Made by a program: the position numbers and the translations under genes | In this document: in pieces, positions 1 through 9,837 of the stretch | Layout: every line of letters begins with the position of its first letter | How positions within the stretch are numbered: the first letter of the stretch is position 1 | Assembly: GCA_047602405.1 (NCBI GenBank) | Contig: JASGHJ010000001.1 | Location: forward strand, 2,176,001 to 2,240,000 | Direction: 5' to 3' | Source of the DNA: Anaeromyxobacteraceae bacterium | Lineage (GTDB): Bacteria; Myxococcota; Myxococcia; Myxococcales; Anaeromyxobacteraceae | Length of the DNA: 64,000 nucleotides | Notes under the pieces: generated by a model | What the model was told of the DNA's origin: nothing | Seen by the model: the letters and a program-made list of their open reading frames with translations, nothing else | The model's database searches: none

Positions 1-37
1 GGCACGCCGCCGGTCGCGGCAGGCGCGTAGCGTCCGT

Positions 38-109
38 GTTTCGCGGGGGGAGGCGCGTCCCTCGACTCCGCGTCGCACGCTCGGGTCGAGCGGACCCACC
101 CCGGCAGCA
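38..109 (-). repeat. Double-hairpin REP/RPE-like element, copy A
   Basis: Reverse complement reads TGCTGCCGGGGTGGG...CCCCCCGCGAAAC, the same ends as the copy at 62202-62270; the interior is more divergent. Confidence 0.65.
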
Positions 110-165
110 CACCGAACTCGGGCTTCGCCAAGCTGGCGGGGCCCTTCGCTTTTCGGGGGCGAGGC

Positions 166-2301
166 TCAGGGCGACACGGTCGCCTGCGCCGCCGTGAGCC
201 CGAGCCGCCCCACCGGCCGGACCGGCAGCTCGGGCGGCAGCTCCTCGCAGCTCAGCACCGGCAGCCCGGGGAACCGCGGCGCCACGAGCTGGCGGAGCGC
301 CCGCCGCACGTCGGCCCCCACGAGCAGGACCGTCTCACGCCCGGCCGCCCGGAGCTCCGCGTCCAGCCGGTCGAGGAGGGCGCCTGCGAGCGCGGGGTCG
401 AGCGCCGGCACATCGGCACCGTAGCCGCCCCCCGGCCCCGGCAGCGCGTCGCGGAGCGCCTGCTCGGCGGCCGGGTCGAGGAGGAGCGCGGTCAGCGGCG
501 CGCCGTCGCCGGCCACCCGCGCGGCGATGTGGCGGCGGAGCGCCCGGCGGCACGCCTCGGCGAGCGCCGCCGCGCCGCGGGGCGCGCCCCCGGCCTCGAG
601 CATCGCCTCGAGGACCGTGCGCAGCGGGCGGATCGTGATGCCCTCCTCGACGAGCCGCCGCAGCACCTCCGCGAGGAGCGCCGGCGGGAGCTGTCGCGCC
701 GCCTCGCGGACGAGCGCGGGCGCGGAGGGCTCGAGCCCGTCGAGGAGCGCCTGCGCCTCCTGGACCCCGACGAAGTCGTGGGCCCGGCGGGCGAGGGCGG
801 CGCCGACCGACGCGGCGATCCGGTCGAGCGGACCGAGCACCGGCCCGAGCGCGCCCGCGCGGCGGGCGAGCCCGGCCTCGAGCGCGACCGCGGGGGCGCC
901 GGTCGCCGGGTGGAGGCCGGGGCCTCCCTCGAGCCCCGCGAGCGCGAGCTCGTCCGGCGGCGCGAGCGCGAGCACCTCCCCCGCGGGCGCGCGCCCGGCC
1001 GCGGCCGGGGCCTCGTCCACGAGGAGCCGCCACACCCCCACGCCGAGCGGCGCCTCGCGCAGCGCGACGCCCGGGAGCGCCACGCCGAGCTCCCGCCAGA
1101 GCCGCTCGCGCAAGGCGTGGAGCCCCTCCCTCACGAACCGCTCGCCGTCGGCGCGCACGAGCGCGACGAGGTCCGGCGCGAGCTCGAGCACCACGGGCGA
1201 GGGCGGGGCGAGCGCGGCGTCCGGGCCACCCTCCGGGGCGCCGCGGCGCCCGTCCGCCGACGCCTCCCCCCGGGCCGCGCGCCGCCGGAGCGCGAGCCCG
1301 CCCGCGCCGCCCGCCGCGGCGGCGAGCAACGCGAAGGGCGCGGCGGGGAGCCCGGGGGCGAGCGCCAGGGCGCCGAGCAGGGCCGCCACCGTGAAGAGCG
1401 CGGCCGGCTCGGCGAGGAGCTGCCCGCCGATCTCGCCGGACAGCGACGCGCCCTCCTCCTCGGCGGCGACCCGGGTCACCGCGATGCCCGCCGACACCGC
1501 GAGGAGGAGCGCCGGCACCTGCGAGGAGAGGCCGTCGCCGATGGCGAGCAGCGCGTAGCGCCGCGCCGCCGCGCCGAGCTCCATGCCCCGGGCGGCGCCC
1601 GCCGCGAGCCCGCCCACGAGGTTCACGAGCACGATCGCGACGCCCGCGATGGCGTCGCCCTTCACGAACTTGAGCGCGCCGTCCATCGCGCCGTGGAGCT
1701 GGCTCTCGCGCTCGAGCGCCCGCCGGCGCCGCCGCGCCTCCGCGGCGTCGATCGCCCCCGCGCGCTGGTCGGCGTCGATCGCCATCTGCTTGCCCGGGAG
1801 GGCGTCGAGCGTGAACCGCGCCGCGACCTCCGCCACGCGCTCCGCGCCCTTGGCGACCACGAGGAGCTGCACGAGCGTCAGGATCGCGAAGACCACCACC
1901 CCGACCACCGGGTCGCCCTGCACCACCACCTGGCCGAAGGCCTCGATCACCCGCCCGGCCTCGCCGCGCGCGAGGACGAGCCGGGTGGACGAGACCGCGA
2001 GCGCGACGCGGAACAGGGTGGTGAGGAGGAGCAGCGTCGGGAAGCTCGCGAAGCGGAGCGCGTCCCGCGCGAAGAGCGTGACGGCGAGGACCGTCGCGGC
2101 GGCGGCGAGGTTCGTCGCGATGAGGGCGTCGAGCGCCGCCGCGGGGAGCGGCGCGACGAGGAGCACGACGAGCCCGAGCACGAGGAGCGCGAGCAGCGCG
2201 TCGCCGGTGCCGCGGAGCCGGGCGAGCCCGGCGTGGAGGAGGCGCAGCGCGGGCGCGAGCCCGGCGTGGAGGCCCGGCAGGGCTGCAGGCGGCGAGGTCA
2301 A
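166..2301 (-). CDS. sctV: Type III export gate protein, FlhA/SctV family
   Basis: FHIPEP-family motifs FPTLLLLTTLFR, KGAERVAEVAARFTLDALPGKQMAIDAD, GAMDGALKFVKGDAIAG; TTG start overlaps the upstream stop. Confidence 0.93.
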   Translation of the reverse strand: MTSPPAALPGLHAGLAPALRLLHAGLARLRGTGDALLALLVLGLVVLLVAPLPAAALDALIATNLAAAATVLAVTLFARDALRFASFPTLLLLTTLFRVALAVSSTRLVLARGEAGRVIEAFGQVVVQGDPVVGVVVFAILTLVQLLVVAKGAERVAEVAARFTLDALPGKQMAIDADQRAGAIDAAEARRRRRALERESQLHGAMDGALKFVKGDAIAGVAIVLVNLVGGLAAGAARGMELGAAARRYALLAIGDGLSSQVPALLLAVSAGIAVTRVAAEEEGASLSGEIGGQLLAEPAALFTVAALLGALALAPGLPAAPFALLAAAAGGAGGLALRRRAARGEASADGRRGAPEGGPDAALAPPSPVVLELAPDLVALVRADGERFVREGLHALRERLWRELGVALPGVALREAPLGVGVWRLLVDEAPAAAGRAPAGEVLALAPPDELALAGLEGGPGLHPATGAPAVALEAGLARRAGALGPVLGPLDRIAASVGAALARRAHDFVGVQEAQALLDGLEPSAPALVREAARQLPPALLAEVLRRLVEEGITIRPLRTVLEAMLEAGGAPRGAAALAEACRRALRRHIAARVAGDGAPLTALLLDPAAEQALRDALPGPGGGYGADVPALDPALAGALLDRLDAELRAAGRETVLLVGADVRRALRQLVAPRFPGLPVLSCEELPPELPVRPVGRLGLTAAQATVSP

Positions 2302-3371
2302 GGGGTGGCCTCCTCCGCGCCCGGCGGCGCGGCGGCGTAGAGGTGCGCGAGCACGGCGGCGGCCGCGTCGTAGAGCGCCTCGGGGATCTCCTCCCCGACC
2401 TCCGAGAGGTGAAAGAGCGCGCGGGCGAGCGGCACGTCGCGCACGATGGGCACACCCGCCCGCCGCGCCGCGGACCGCAGGCGCGCCGCCTCGCGGCCGG
2501 CGCCCTTCGCGAGGACCCGGGGCGCCTCGTCGGCGCCGCGGTCGTGCCGGAGCGCGACCGCGAGGTGGGTCGGGTTCACGACGAGCACGGTCGCCCGCGC
2601 CGTCGCCTGCCCCGGCGTCCCGGCGGGCTCCTCCGCCGCGGCGCGGGCGAGGCGGCGCCGCTCCTCGCGGAGGCGCGGGTCGCCCTCGTCCTCCCGGCCG
2701 TCGCGCCGGACCTCGTCGCGCGTCATCCGGAGCTGCGCGAGGTGCCGCCGGCGGGCGAGGAGCGCGTCGAGGGCGCCGAGCACGAGGAGCGCGGCCGCGA
2801 GGCGCCCCGCGAGCGGGAGGAGCAGCCCCGGCGCGCGGAGGAGGGCCGCCGGCGCCGCGGCGGGGAGGGCCGCGAGGGCGGGCGCGAGCGTGCGGAGCGA
2901 GGTCCAGGCGATCCCGGCGAGGAGGAGCGCCTTCGCGAGGCCGAGCCCGGCCTGGGCGAGCGCGGACGGCGAGGCGAGGCGGCGGAGCCCGCGGGCGAGG
3001 TCGAGGCGATCCGCGCGGGGCAGCGCGGCGGCGGGGCTCCACAGGAAGCCCGCCTGCAGGGCGCCCGCGAGCGCGGCCGCGCCGCCCGCGGCGAGCGCCG
3101 GCACGAGCGCGAGCCGGAGCGCGAGGCCGCCCGCCTCCACGAGGGCGGCGGCCGGCGCGAGGGCGCCGTCCGGGCCCGCGCCGCGGAGCTCGAGCGCCCG
3201 GCGGAGCAGCGCGGCGAGGTCCGCCGCGCCGCCGGGGAGCACCGCACCGGCCGCGAGGAGGCCCGCGCCGAGGGCGGCGGCTCCGGAGAGCTCGCGGCCC
3301 GAGGGCGCCTCGCCGCGCTCCCGCGACCTCCTGAGGCGTCGCGGGGTCGGGTCGTGGGTGCGCTCGCTCAA
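2298..3371 (-). CDS. sctU: Type III export switch protein, FlhB/SctU family
   Basis: N-terminal ERTHDPTPRRL, LRMTRDEVRRD..EDEGDP, NPTH autocleavage motif. Confidence 0.92.
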   Translation of the reverse strand: MSERTHDPTPRRLRRSRERGEAPSGRELSGAAALGAGLLAAGAVLPGGAADLAALLRRALELRGAGPDGALAPAAALVEAGGLALRLALVPALAAGGAAALAGALQAGFLWSPAAALPRADRLDLARGLRRLASPSALAQAGLGLAKALLLAGIAWTSLRTLAPALAALPAAAPAALLRAPGLLLPLAGRLAAALLVLGALDALLARRRHLAQLRMTRDEVRRDGREDEGDPRLREERRRLARAAAEEPAGTPGQATARATVLVVNPTHLAVALRHDRGADEAPRVLAKGAGREAARLRSAARRAGVPIVRDVPLARALFHLSEVGEEIPEALYDAAAAVLAHLYAAAPPGAEEATP

Positions 3372-4210
3372 GGCGCGGCTCCCGCGGCGCGGGCCGCCTG
3401 GCCGAGCCAGCCGGTCGAGAGGGTCACGAGCGACACGAGGCGCCCCGCGACGGCGGAGGCCGCCGCCCCGAGCGCGAGGAGCCCCAGCGCCGCGCGGGCG
3501 GGCTGGGCGGTGTTCACGACGCCGAGCTGGGGCGCGACCCGGCCCGCGAGCGCGATGGCGAGGTCGGCGGCGAGGACGCCCGCCGCGGCGGGGGCCGCGA
3601 GCGCGACGGACGCCGAGACGAGCGCACCCGCGGCCTCGAGGGCGACGCCCGCGGCGGGCGGGGTGAGGAGGCGGGCCGCGCCGGGCGGGACCGCCTCGAA
3701 CGTGCCGAGGAGGGCGGCCACCGCGAGGCGCCCCGCGCCGGTATACGCCGCGAGGACGAGCACGCCCTGGGCGAGGAGGTCGCCGGTCGCGCTCTCCCGC
3801 TGGCGGAGCGGCGCCACGTGGAGCTCCGCGAGCGTCGCGCCGCGGAACGTGTCGGCGAGCCGGCCGCCGGCGCGCGCGGCCTCGATCGGCACCGAGATCG
3901 CGAGCGCGAGGAGGAGCCCGAGCGCGAGCTCGCGCAGCGCCGCGGCGGCGAGCCCGGCGCCGTCCGGCGTGGCCGCCCCGGCGGGGAGGGCCGCCGCGAC
4001 CGCGGCGCCCAGGGTGAGCGCGAGCGCCGCCCGCGCGGGGCCGGGCACGAGCGGGCCGCCCACGAGCGGCGAGGCCATCACGGCCGGGGCGAGGCGGATG
4101 GCGGCGAGGAGCGCCGGGGCGGCGCGGACCGCGAGCTCGGCGAGGGGACGGTGCGGCTCCGGGGGGCCGCCCGGCCACAGGCCGCCCAGCAACGCGGCCG
4201 GGGCGGTCAC
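3368..4210 (-). CDS. sctT: Type III export apparatus FliR/SctT
   Basis: Hydrophobic; ELALGLLLA..AGGRLAD and DLAIALAGRVAPQL motifs; position in operon. Confidence 0.85.
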   Translation of the reverse strand: MTAPAALLGGLWPGGPPEPHRPLAELAVRAAPALLAAIRLAPAVMASPLVGGPLVPGPARAALALTLGAAVAAALPAGAATPDGAGLAAAALRELALGLLLALAISVPIEAARAGGRLADTFRGATLAELHVAPLRQRESATGDLLAQGVLVLAAYTGAGRLAVAALLGTFEAVPPGAARLLTPPAAGVALEAAGALVSASVALAAPAAAGVLAADLAIALAGRVAPQLGVVNTAQPARAALGLLALGAAASAVAGRLVSLVTLSTGWLGQAARAAGAAP

Positions 4211-4473
4211 GGCGCGATCCGGGGCAGGAGATCGAACGCGGTCTGCGCGAGGCGCACCAGCCGCGCGGCGGCGAACGGCCCGGCGAGCGCGAGCGCGGCG
4301 GCGACGGCGACGAGCCGCGGCACCACCGCGACGGTGGGCTCCTGCACGGAGGTCGCCGCCTGCAGCACGCCGACGACGAGCCCGGTCGCGAGCGCGGCGA
4401 GGAGCGCCGGGGCCGACGCGGCGAGCACCGTGAGGAGGGCCTCCTGGACGAGGTGCTGGAGGGCGGCGTCCAT
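4207..4473 (-). CDS. sctS: Type III export apparatus FliQ/SctS
   Basis: 88 aa, GLVVGVLQAATSVQEPT motif. Confidence 0.92.
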   Translation of the reverse strand: MDAALQHLVQEALLTVLAASAPALLAALATGLVVGVLQAATSVQEPTVAVVPRLVAVAAALALAGPFAAARLVRLAQTAFDLLPRIAP

Positions 4474-4476
4474 CGG

Positions 4477-5175
4477 TCACCCGGCGTAGGAGAGCGCGAG
4501 CGCCCGGGCGAGGAGCTTCCACCCGTCGACCGCGACGAAGAGGAGGAGCTTGAACGGGAGCGCGACCGAGCTCGGCGACAGCTGGGTGAGCCCCAGCGCG
4601 AGGAGGACGTTCGAGACCACGAGGTCCACCGCGAGGAACGGCACGAAGACGAGGAACCCGAGCACGAACGCGCGGCGCAGCTCGGAGACCACGAACGCGG
4701 GCGCGAGCACCGCGAGGTCGTCCTCCGCCGGCGCCGCGCCCGGGGGCCCCGGCCGCGCCGCCTCCCGCGCGCCCGGGGACGTGGCGAGCCGGCGCGCCAC
4801 GTCGACGAACGCGGCGCGGTCGTCCGGCCGGGCGTGACGCGCGAGGAACGCGCGCAGCGGGCCCGCCCCCCGCGCGAGGGCGGCGAGCGCGCCGTCCACG
4901 CCGTGCTCGCCGGGGAGGGGCCGGGCCGCCTCCACGGTCCGCTCGAGGACCGGCCCCATGACGAGCGCGCTGAGCACGAGCGCGAGCCCGGTGACCGCGG
5001 TGTTCGGCGGCACCTGAGGCGCCCCGAGCGCGGAGCGGGCGATCGAGAGGACGACCGAGATCTTCAGGAACGAGGTGAGCGTGACGAGCGCGGCCGGGGC
5101 GAGCGCGAGCACGCCGAGGAGGACGAGCATCTCGACGGGCCGCCCGGCGATGGGGCCGACGAGCTCCGGGCTCAC
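4477..5175 (-). CDS. sctR: Type III export apparatus FliP/SctR
   Basis: TSFLKISVVLSIARSALGAPQVPPN, PAFVVSEL, LPFKLLLFVAVDGW motifs. Confidence 0.95.
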   Translation of the reverse strand: MSPELVGPIAGRPVEMLVLLGVLALAPAALVTLTSFLKISVVLSIARSALGAPQVPPNTAVTGLALVLSALVMGPVLERTVEAARPLPGEHGVDGALAALARGAGPLRAFLARHARPDDRAAFVDVARRLATSPGAREAARPGPPGAAPAEDDLAVLAPAFVVSELRRAFVLGFLVFVPFLAVDLVVSNVLLALGLTQLSPSSVALPFKLLLFVAVDGWKLLARALALSYAG

Positions 5176-5453
5176 GGCGCGCTCCCCTCGCCGGCGGGCC
5201 GGCCGGCGCGCGCGGGCGGGTCGAGCTCGAGCACCAGCCGCGGCGGCCCCTCCCCGAAGCCCACGAGCAGCCGCCGCCCGTCGGCGGCGACGAGCGCGAG
5301 CCCGCCCGCGCGGCCGAGGCTGGCCCGCTCCAGCACCGAGAGCCGCGGCGCGGGCGCAGGGACCAGCCGGCCGCGCCGCGCGACGAGCGCGGCGAGGGCC
5401 GCGAACCCGGCCACCGCCAGCGCCGCGCGCGCCGCCATGGCGGCGCCGATCAC
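5172..5453 (-). CDS. fliO: FliO-like small membrane protein
   Basis: One TM then LSVLERASLG..LALVAADGRRLLVG, the FliO-type beta segment; lies between sctQ and sctR. Confidence 0.7.
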   Translation of the reverse strand: MIGAAMAARAALAVAGFAALAALVARRGRLVPAPAPRLSVLERASLGRAGGLALVAADGRRLLVGFGEGPPRLVLELDPPARAGRPAGEGSAP

Positions 5454-6451
5454 GACGTCACCTCCAGCACGCGCACCCCGACGGCGCCCTCGACGTCCAC
5501 GAGCTCGCCCCGCGCGACCGTCCGCTCGCCGACGACGAGCGCCACCCGGCCGCGCCGGTCGAGGCCGAGCGGGACGACCGCGCCGGCCTCCAGCCGGGCG
5601 AGATCCGAGAGCGTCACCTCCACCCGGGCGAGCTCGACCTCGAGCACGACCGGGACCGTCGCGTTCCGTTCCATGTGGCCCTCCGCGTGAAAGTGGCAGC
5701 TGCCGGCGGTCTCGAGGTCGCAGGGGGCGTCCACGAGTCGCCCCCGCGCCCGGGCCCCACCGGGCAGCACGAGGGACGCGGCCTCGTCCGGTGCGCCCAG
5801 CAGGACCACGTCGCCCGGCGCGAGCGCGGCGCGCTCCGCCGGCGTGAGCGGCGCCTCCCCGCGGCGCAGCGAGGCCGGGAGCCGGAGCGCCGACGCGGCG
5901 AGCTCGCCGTCACCCTCGAGCGCGGCGGCCGCCGCGGCGGGCAGGAGGAGGCGCGCGCGCCCCCGCACCGCGCCGGCCTCGAGCTCGAGCTCCACGGCGA
6001 AGGCGCCGCGCGGCTCCGGCGCCGGCCCCGGCGCGCAGCCCACGAGCCGCGGGGCGAGCGCGAGCTCCACCTCGGGCACCGTCGAGACCCCGTCGAGCGC
6101 CGCGAGGGTGAGGAGCTCGAGCGCCGCCGCCTCGACCGGCGTCAGCGCCGCCGCGGGCCCGGCCCGGCCGTCCCCGCCGGCGAGCCGGTCGACGAGGGCG
6201 ACCACGAGCGAGGCGTCGGCCTCGAGCGCAGCGGGGCCCGGCAGGGCGGCGAGCTCGAGCGCGACGCGCCCCGCGCCCCCGCGCGGGCGCGGCCGGCCCG
6301 GGAGCGCGCGGCCCGACACCCGCACCTCGACGCCCAGCAGGGCGCCCAGCGAGGCGGCCGCGGCCGCCGCGCTGGCCGCCCCGGCCGCGCGGACGGCAGG
6401 CCCTGCGCCGGGGTCCGGGGCGGCTGCGGGGAGATCGAACGGGAGCGCCAT
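5450..6451 (-). CDS. sctQ: SctQ/FliM-FliN family C-ring protein (SpoA domain)
   Basis: C-terminal SpoA motif VELARVEVTLSDLARLEAGAVVPL..ARGELVDVEGAVGVRV. Confidence 0.85.
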   Translation of the reverse strand: MALPFDLPAAAPDPGAGPAVRAAGAASAAAAAASLGALLGVEVRVSGRALPGRPRPRGGAGRVALELAALPGPAALEADASLVVALVDRLAGGDGRAGPAAALTPVEAAALELLTLAALDGVSTVPEVELALAPRLVGCAPGPAPEPRGAFAVELELEAGAVRGRARLLLPAAAAAALEGDGELAASALRLPASLRRGEAPLTPAERAALAPGDVVLLGAPDEAASLVLPGGARARGRLVDAPCDLETAGSCHFHAEGHMERNATVPVVLEVELARVEVTLSDLARLEAGAVVPLGLDRRGRVALVVGERTVARGELVDVEGAVGVRVLEVTS

Positions 6452-6464
6452 GCCGCCACGCAAT

Positions 6465-6479
6465 CCAAGCGGCGTGCCG
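6465..6479 (-). promoter_or_regulatory. Possible sigma54 -24/-12 promoter for sctQ-sctV
   Basis: Minus strand CGGCACGCCGCTTGG versus consensus TGGCACG-N4-TTGC; the -12 GC is replaced by GG. Confidence 0.45.
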
Positions 6480-6621
6480 ACCGCAGCCCCCCGTGACCAC
6501 TGGGAACGCCGCGAGGGGCGCGGTCCGCGCCGCGGACCCACCGGCCGCGCCGCGGACCTGTCTGCACGGCCCCGCCCCGGCGAGGCGCTCGCCGGCGCCT
6601 CGCCCCCGGCGGCAGGTGCCG

Positions 6622-7875
6622 CTACCCCTCGAACGGCGAGAGCACCAGCGTGGCCCGGCGCTCGGGCAGGAAGGTCCGGCGGGCCACGTCGCGCAGCGCC
6701 CCGGGCTCGAGCACCCGCGGCGCCGCGCCCGGCAGCGGCCGCGCGAGGAGCTCGCCGGGCCAGGCCGCGAACCCCGCGAGCGCCTCGGCGAGCGCGGCGG
6801 GATCGGCCGCGGCGCGATCGGCCTCGCGGGCGAGCCGGCGCGCGACGTCGCGCCGCTCGGCCGCGTCGGCCGGGAAGGCGGCGACGTCCTCGAGCACCCT
6901 GCCGATCCGGGTGGGGAGGTCCTCGGCCTCGATCGACGGGACGTTCACGAGCGCGACGAGGAGCGGGGTCCCCCGCAGGCTCACGCAGCTCGCCGACGCC
7001 TCCCGCGCGATCGCGCGCCGCACCGCGAGCTCCGCATAGAGGCGCCGCTCGACGAGCGCCGCGAGCGCGGGGCAGGCGTCGCGGTCGGCGGGGTCGAGCC
7101 GGTGGGCGACGGCGGTCGCGAGGAGGAGCGCCCGCAGCTTGCGGGTGGCGGGCAGCCGGGCCGCCTCGACGGTGGCGTCGCGGGGCCCCGGGCCCGCGGC
7201 CGGCCCCGGGGGGAAGGCCTGCGCGACGAGGGCGCGCGCGCGCTCCGGATCCACGGCGCCGGTGAACGCGACGGAGATGCGGGCAGGCCGGTAGCGATCG
7301 GCGTGCTGGCGCGCGAGGGCGGCGCGGTCCACGGCCTCGCGCGACTCGTGGTCGCCGATGACGTCGACGCGCGCCTGCCCCTCGAACAGCGTCTCCTCGA
7401 GGAGGTCGAGGACCCCGCGCTCGGAGCCGCCGTACTCGTCCTCGCGCGCGATCACCGCGAGCTCACGGTCGAGCTCCGCGCGCTCGAGGTCGGGCGTCGC
7501 GACGGCGCGGAGCAGGCGCTCCGCGAGCGCCGGGAAGGTCGCGGCCGGGGCGTCGAGCGCGAAGGTGGTGAGGTGGCGGGAGGTGAACGCGTTGAGCCGC
7601 CCGCCGGCGGCGCGCGCGGCCTGCACGGGGTCGAGGCCGTCCTTCCCCACCCGCGAGAGCAGCACGTGCTCGAGCACGTGCGCGAGGCCCTGGCGGCGGG
7701 GCGGGTCGTCCTCCGACCCCGTGCGCACGACGAGCCGGAGCGACGCGGCGCGCGCGCCGGCCACCGGGACCACCGCGAGCTCGAGGCCGGACGGGAGCGC
7801 GCTCCGGGCGGGCGGCGCCGCGGCGGGGCCGGCGCCGGCGAGGAGCGCGGCGGCCAGGAGGGAGAGCGGCGTCAC
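6622..7875 (-). CDS. M16 (insulinase-family) zinc peptidase, catalytic subunit, signal peptide
   Basis: GS..D.....GLAHVLEH (HxxEH), NAFTS, downstream Glu ligand region; hydrophobic N-terminus. Confidence 0.88.
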   Translation of the reverse strand: MTPLSLLAAALLAGAGPAAAPPARSALPSGLELAVVPVAGARAASLRLVVRTGSEDDPPRRQGLAHVLEHVLLSRVGKDGLDPVQAARAAGGRLNAFTSRHLTTFALDAPAATFPALAERLLRAVATPDLERAELDRELAVIAREDEYGGSERGVLDLLEETLFEGQARVDVIGDHESREAVDRAALARQHADRYRPARISVAFTGAVDPERARALVAQAFPPGPAAGPGPRDATVEAARLPATRKLRALLLATAVAHRLDPADRDACPALAALVERRLYAELAVRRAIAREASASCVSLRGTPLLVALVNVPSIEAEDLPTRIGRVLEDVAAFPADAAERRDVARRLAREADRAAADPAALAEALAGFAAWPGELLARPLPGAAPRVLEPGALRDVARRTFLPERRATLVLSPFEG

Positions 7876-9632
7876 GGGTTCGCTCCGGCGAAGAGGTAGA
7901 CGGACCGGGCCGGGTCGAGCCAGCCCGAGAGGATCGCGGTGAGGCCCGCCCGGTCGAGCGCGTCGACCTCGCGCGCGACCTCCGCGCCGTGCCAGGAGGG
8001 ACCGCCCGCCGCGAGCGCGGCCGCGAGCGCGGCCGGGTCGGCGTCGACGGCGAGGAGCTCGCCCCGCACCGCGCCCTTCGCGCGGTCGAGGTCGCGCACC
8101 TCGTAGCGGCCGCCGCGGAGCTCGTCCACGAGCGCGCGCAGCTCCGGCTCGAGCCGCCGCGCGTACGCGTGCGCGGGCAGCACCGCGACGAGGAGGGCGG
8201 TCCAGGGCGCCCGGAACGCCTCGGCGCCGGGCGCGTAGCCCGCCCCGCTCAGCCGGAAGCGCTCCCACAGCCCCGCGTCGAGGAGCGCCGCCGCGAGCCG
8301 GAGCGCCGCGGCGTCGCGCGGCGAGGAGAGCTCGACCGGCGCGGCGAACAGCACGACGTGCCGGTCGCTCGCCCGGCGCGCCTCGAACGGCACCGGGGTG
8401 CGCAGCGGCGCGACGGGGGGGCGCGCGCCGCCGCGGTGGGGCCGGACGAGGGCGATCGCCGCCGCGCGGTCGAAGGCCCCCGTCACCACCACGGTCGCGG
8501 AGGCCGGCGAGAAGCCGGCGAGGAGCCGCGCCCGCACCCGCGCCTGGCGGAGCGCGAGCAGGTCGGGGCGCGCGACGACGGGCGGGTTCGCGTAGCCGGG
8601 CTCCTCCGCCGCGAGCTCCGCCACGAGCTCGCCCGGGGTGGGCGTGGTGGGCAGGTCGAGCAGGGCGCGGGTGGTCGCGTCGGGGAGGCGCAAGGGCTCG
8701 AAGGTCGCCGCGAGCGCTGCCTCGGCGAGGCGCCGGGCGAGGGCGGGGAACTCGCGGCGGCCCGCGGTGAGCTGGAACGTCGACTCGCGGACGCCCGTGC
8801 GGTGCTCGAGCCGCGCCCCGGCGGCGTGCACGTCGAGGAGGAACCGGCCGAGATCGAAGCGTGGGTTCGCGGCGAGGAGCGCGTGCAGCGTGAGCTGCGC
8901 CTCGCCGGCCTGGGCGTCGTCGAAGCTGCCGGAGTCGAAGCGGACGAGGATCGACGCGTCGGGCCCCTCGCGCGGCGCGAGGAGCAGCCGGGGCGCGCCC
9001 GGTCCGAGGTCGACGGCCTCGACCGGCGCCTGGAAGCCCTCGAGCGACCCGAGCACGAGCGGGGGCTCGAACGGGCCGCGCCGCGAGGGCGCAGGCCGCG
9101 GCTTCGGTGCGGGCGGCGCCTCGAGGGCGGAGGGCGCGGCGGCGGCTGCTGCGGCCGAGCCTGCCGGCCGGGCGTCGTCGGGCGGCGGCGAGGCCTCGCG
9201 GGCGCGGGTGATGAGGAGCGCGGCCGCTGCCGCGAGCCCGAGCCCGGCGAGGAGGGCCGCGCCGCCGCGCCAGTCGCGCGCCCGCGCGCGGCCGCCCGCG
9301 GGCGCCCCCCGCGCCGGTCCACCGGCGGCCCAGGCCGGGAGCGCGCCCGGCCCGACCCAGGCCACGCCGCAGGTGGGGCACGGCGCGAACGCCAGGTCAC
9401 GGAGCGCCTTCCTCGGCAGCCCGGCGCCGCACTCGGGGCAGAGGATCGCCTTCATCGGACGCGGCGGCGGACGCGGCTCGTCGCCGGCGAGCGCGAGCAG
9501 CTTCGCCTTGCCCTCGGGCCGCAGCAGCATCCCCCCGCAGGAGGGGCACGCGCTCGCGCGCAGCGCCCCGCGCGGTGAAGGCAGCGGCACCTCGGGGTCA
9601 CACTCCGGGCAGCGAAGTCCCTGGCCAGCCAT
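7872..9632 (-). CDS. M16 non-catalytic subunit with N-terminal double Zn-ribbon and TM
   Basis: Four CxxC pairs, TM helix, M16-like body lacking HxxEH, RLSGAGY (R/Y motif). Confidence 0.75.
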   Translation of the reverse strand: MAGQGLRCPECDPEVPLPSPRGALRASACPSCGGMLLRPEGKAKLLALAGDEPRPPPRPMKAILCPECGAGLPRKALRDLAFAPCPTCGVAWVGPGALPAWAAGGPARGAPAGGRARARDWRGGAALLAGLGLAAAAALLITRAREASPPPDDARPAGSAAAAAAAPSALEAPPAPKPRPAPSRRGPFEPPLVLGSLEGFQAPVEAVDLGPGAPRLLLAPREGPDASILVRFDSGSFDDAQAGEAQLTLHALLAANPRFDLGRFLLDVHAAGARLEHRTGVRESTFQLTAGRREFPALARRLAEAALAATFEPLRLPDATTRALLDLPTTPTPGELVAELAAEEPGYANPPVVARPDLLALRQARVRARLLAGFSPASATVVVTGAFDRAAAIALVRPHRGGARPPVAPLRTPVPFEARRASDRHVVLFAAPVELSSPRDAAALRLAAALLDAGLWERFRLSGAGYAPGAEAFRAPWTALLVAVLPAHAYARRLEPELRALVDELRGGRYEVRDLDRAKGAVRGELLAVDADPAALAAALAAGGPSWHGAEVAREVDALDRAGLTAILSGWLDPARSVYLFAGANP

Positions 9633-9837
9633 CGGCCCCCCTCTCACTGCGAGCATACCCCGCCGTGACCCGGGCCCCGGGGCGGATCCCGGCCGCGGCG
9701 CCGAATATCCCGCTCCGCGGGGCGTCCCTGTCCCGCGTCGACGTGACAGCGTGGAATGCGCCCCGCGCTCACGCTGCTTGAGGACGGACGGAGGGCCGTG
9801 TAAACCCGGGAACGTTCTCCCAGGGGGGCGAGCTCAA

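Noticed and set aside
166..6451. Ordinary flagellar fli/flh operon
   Set aside because: No FliF C-terminal domain, FliG, hook, rod or flagellin genes; lipidated SctJ and needle-like genes argue against it
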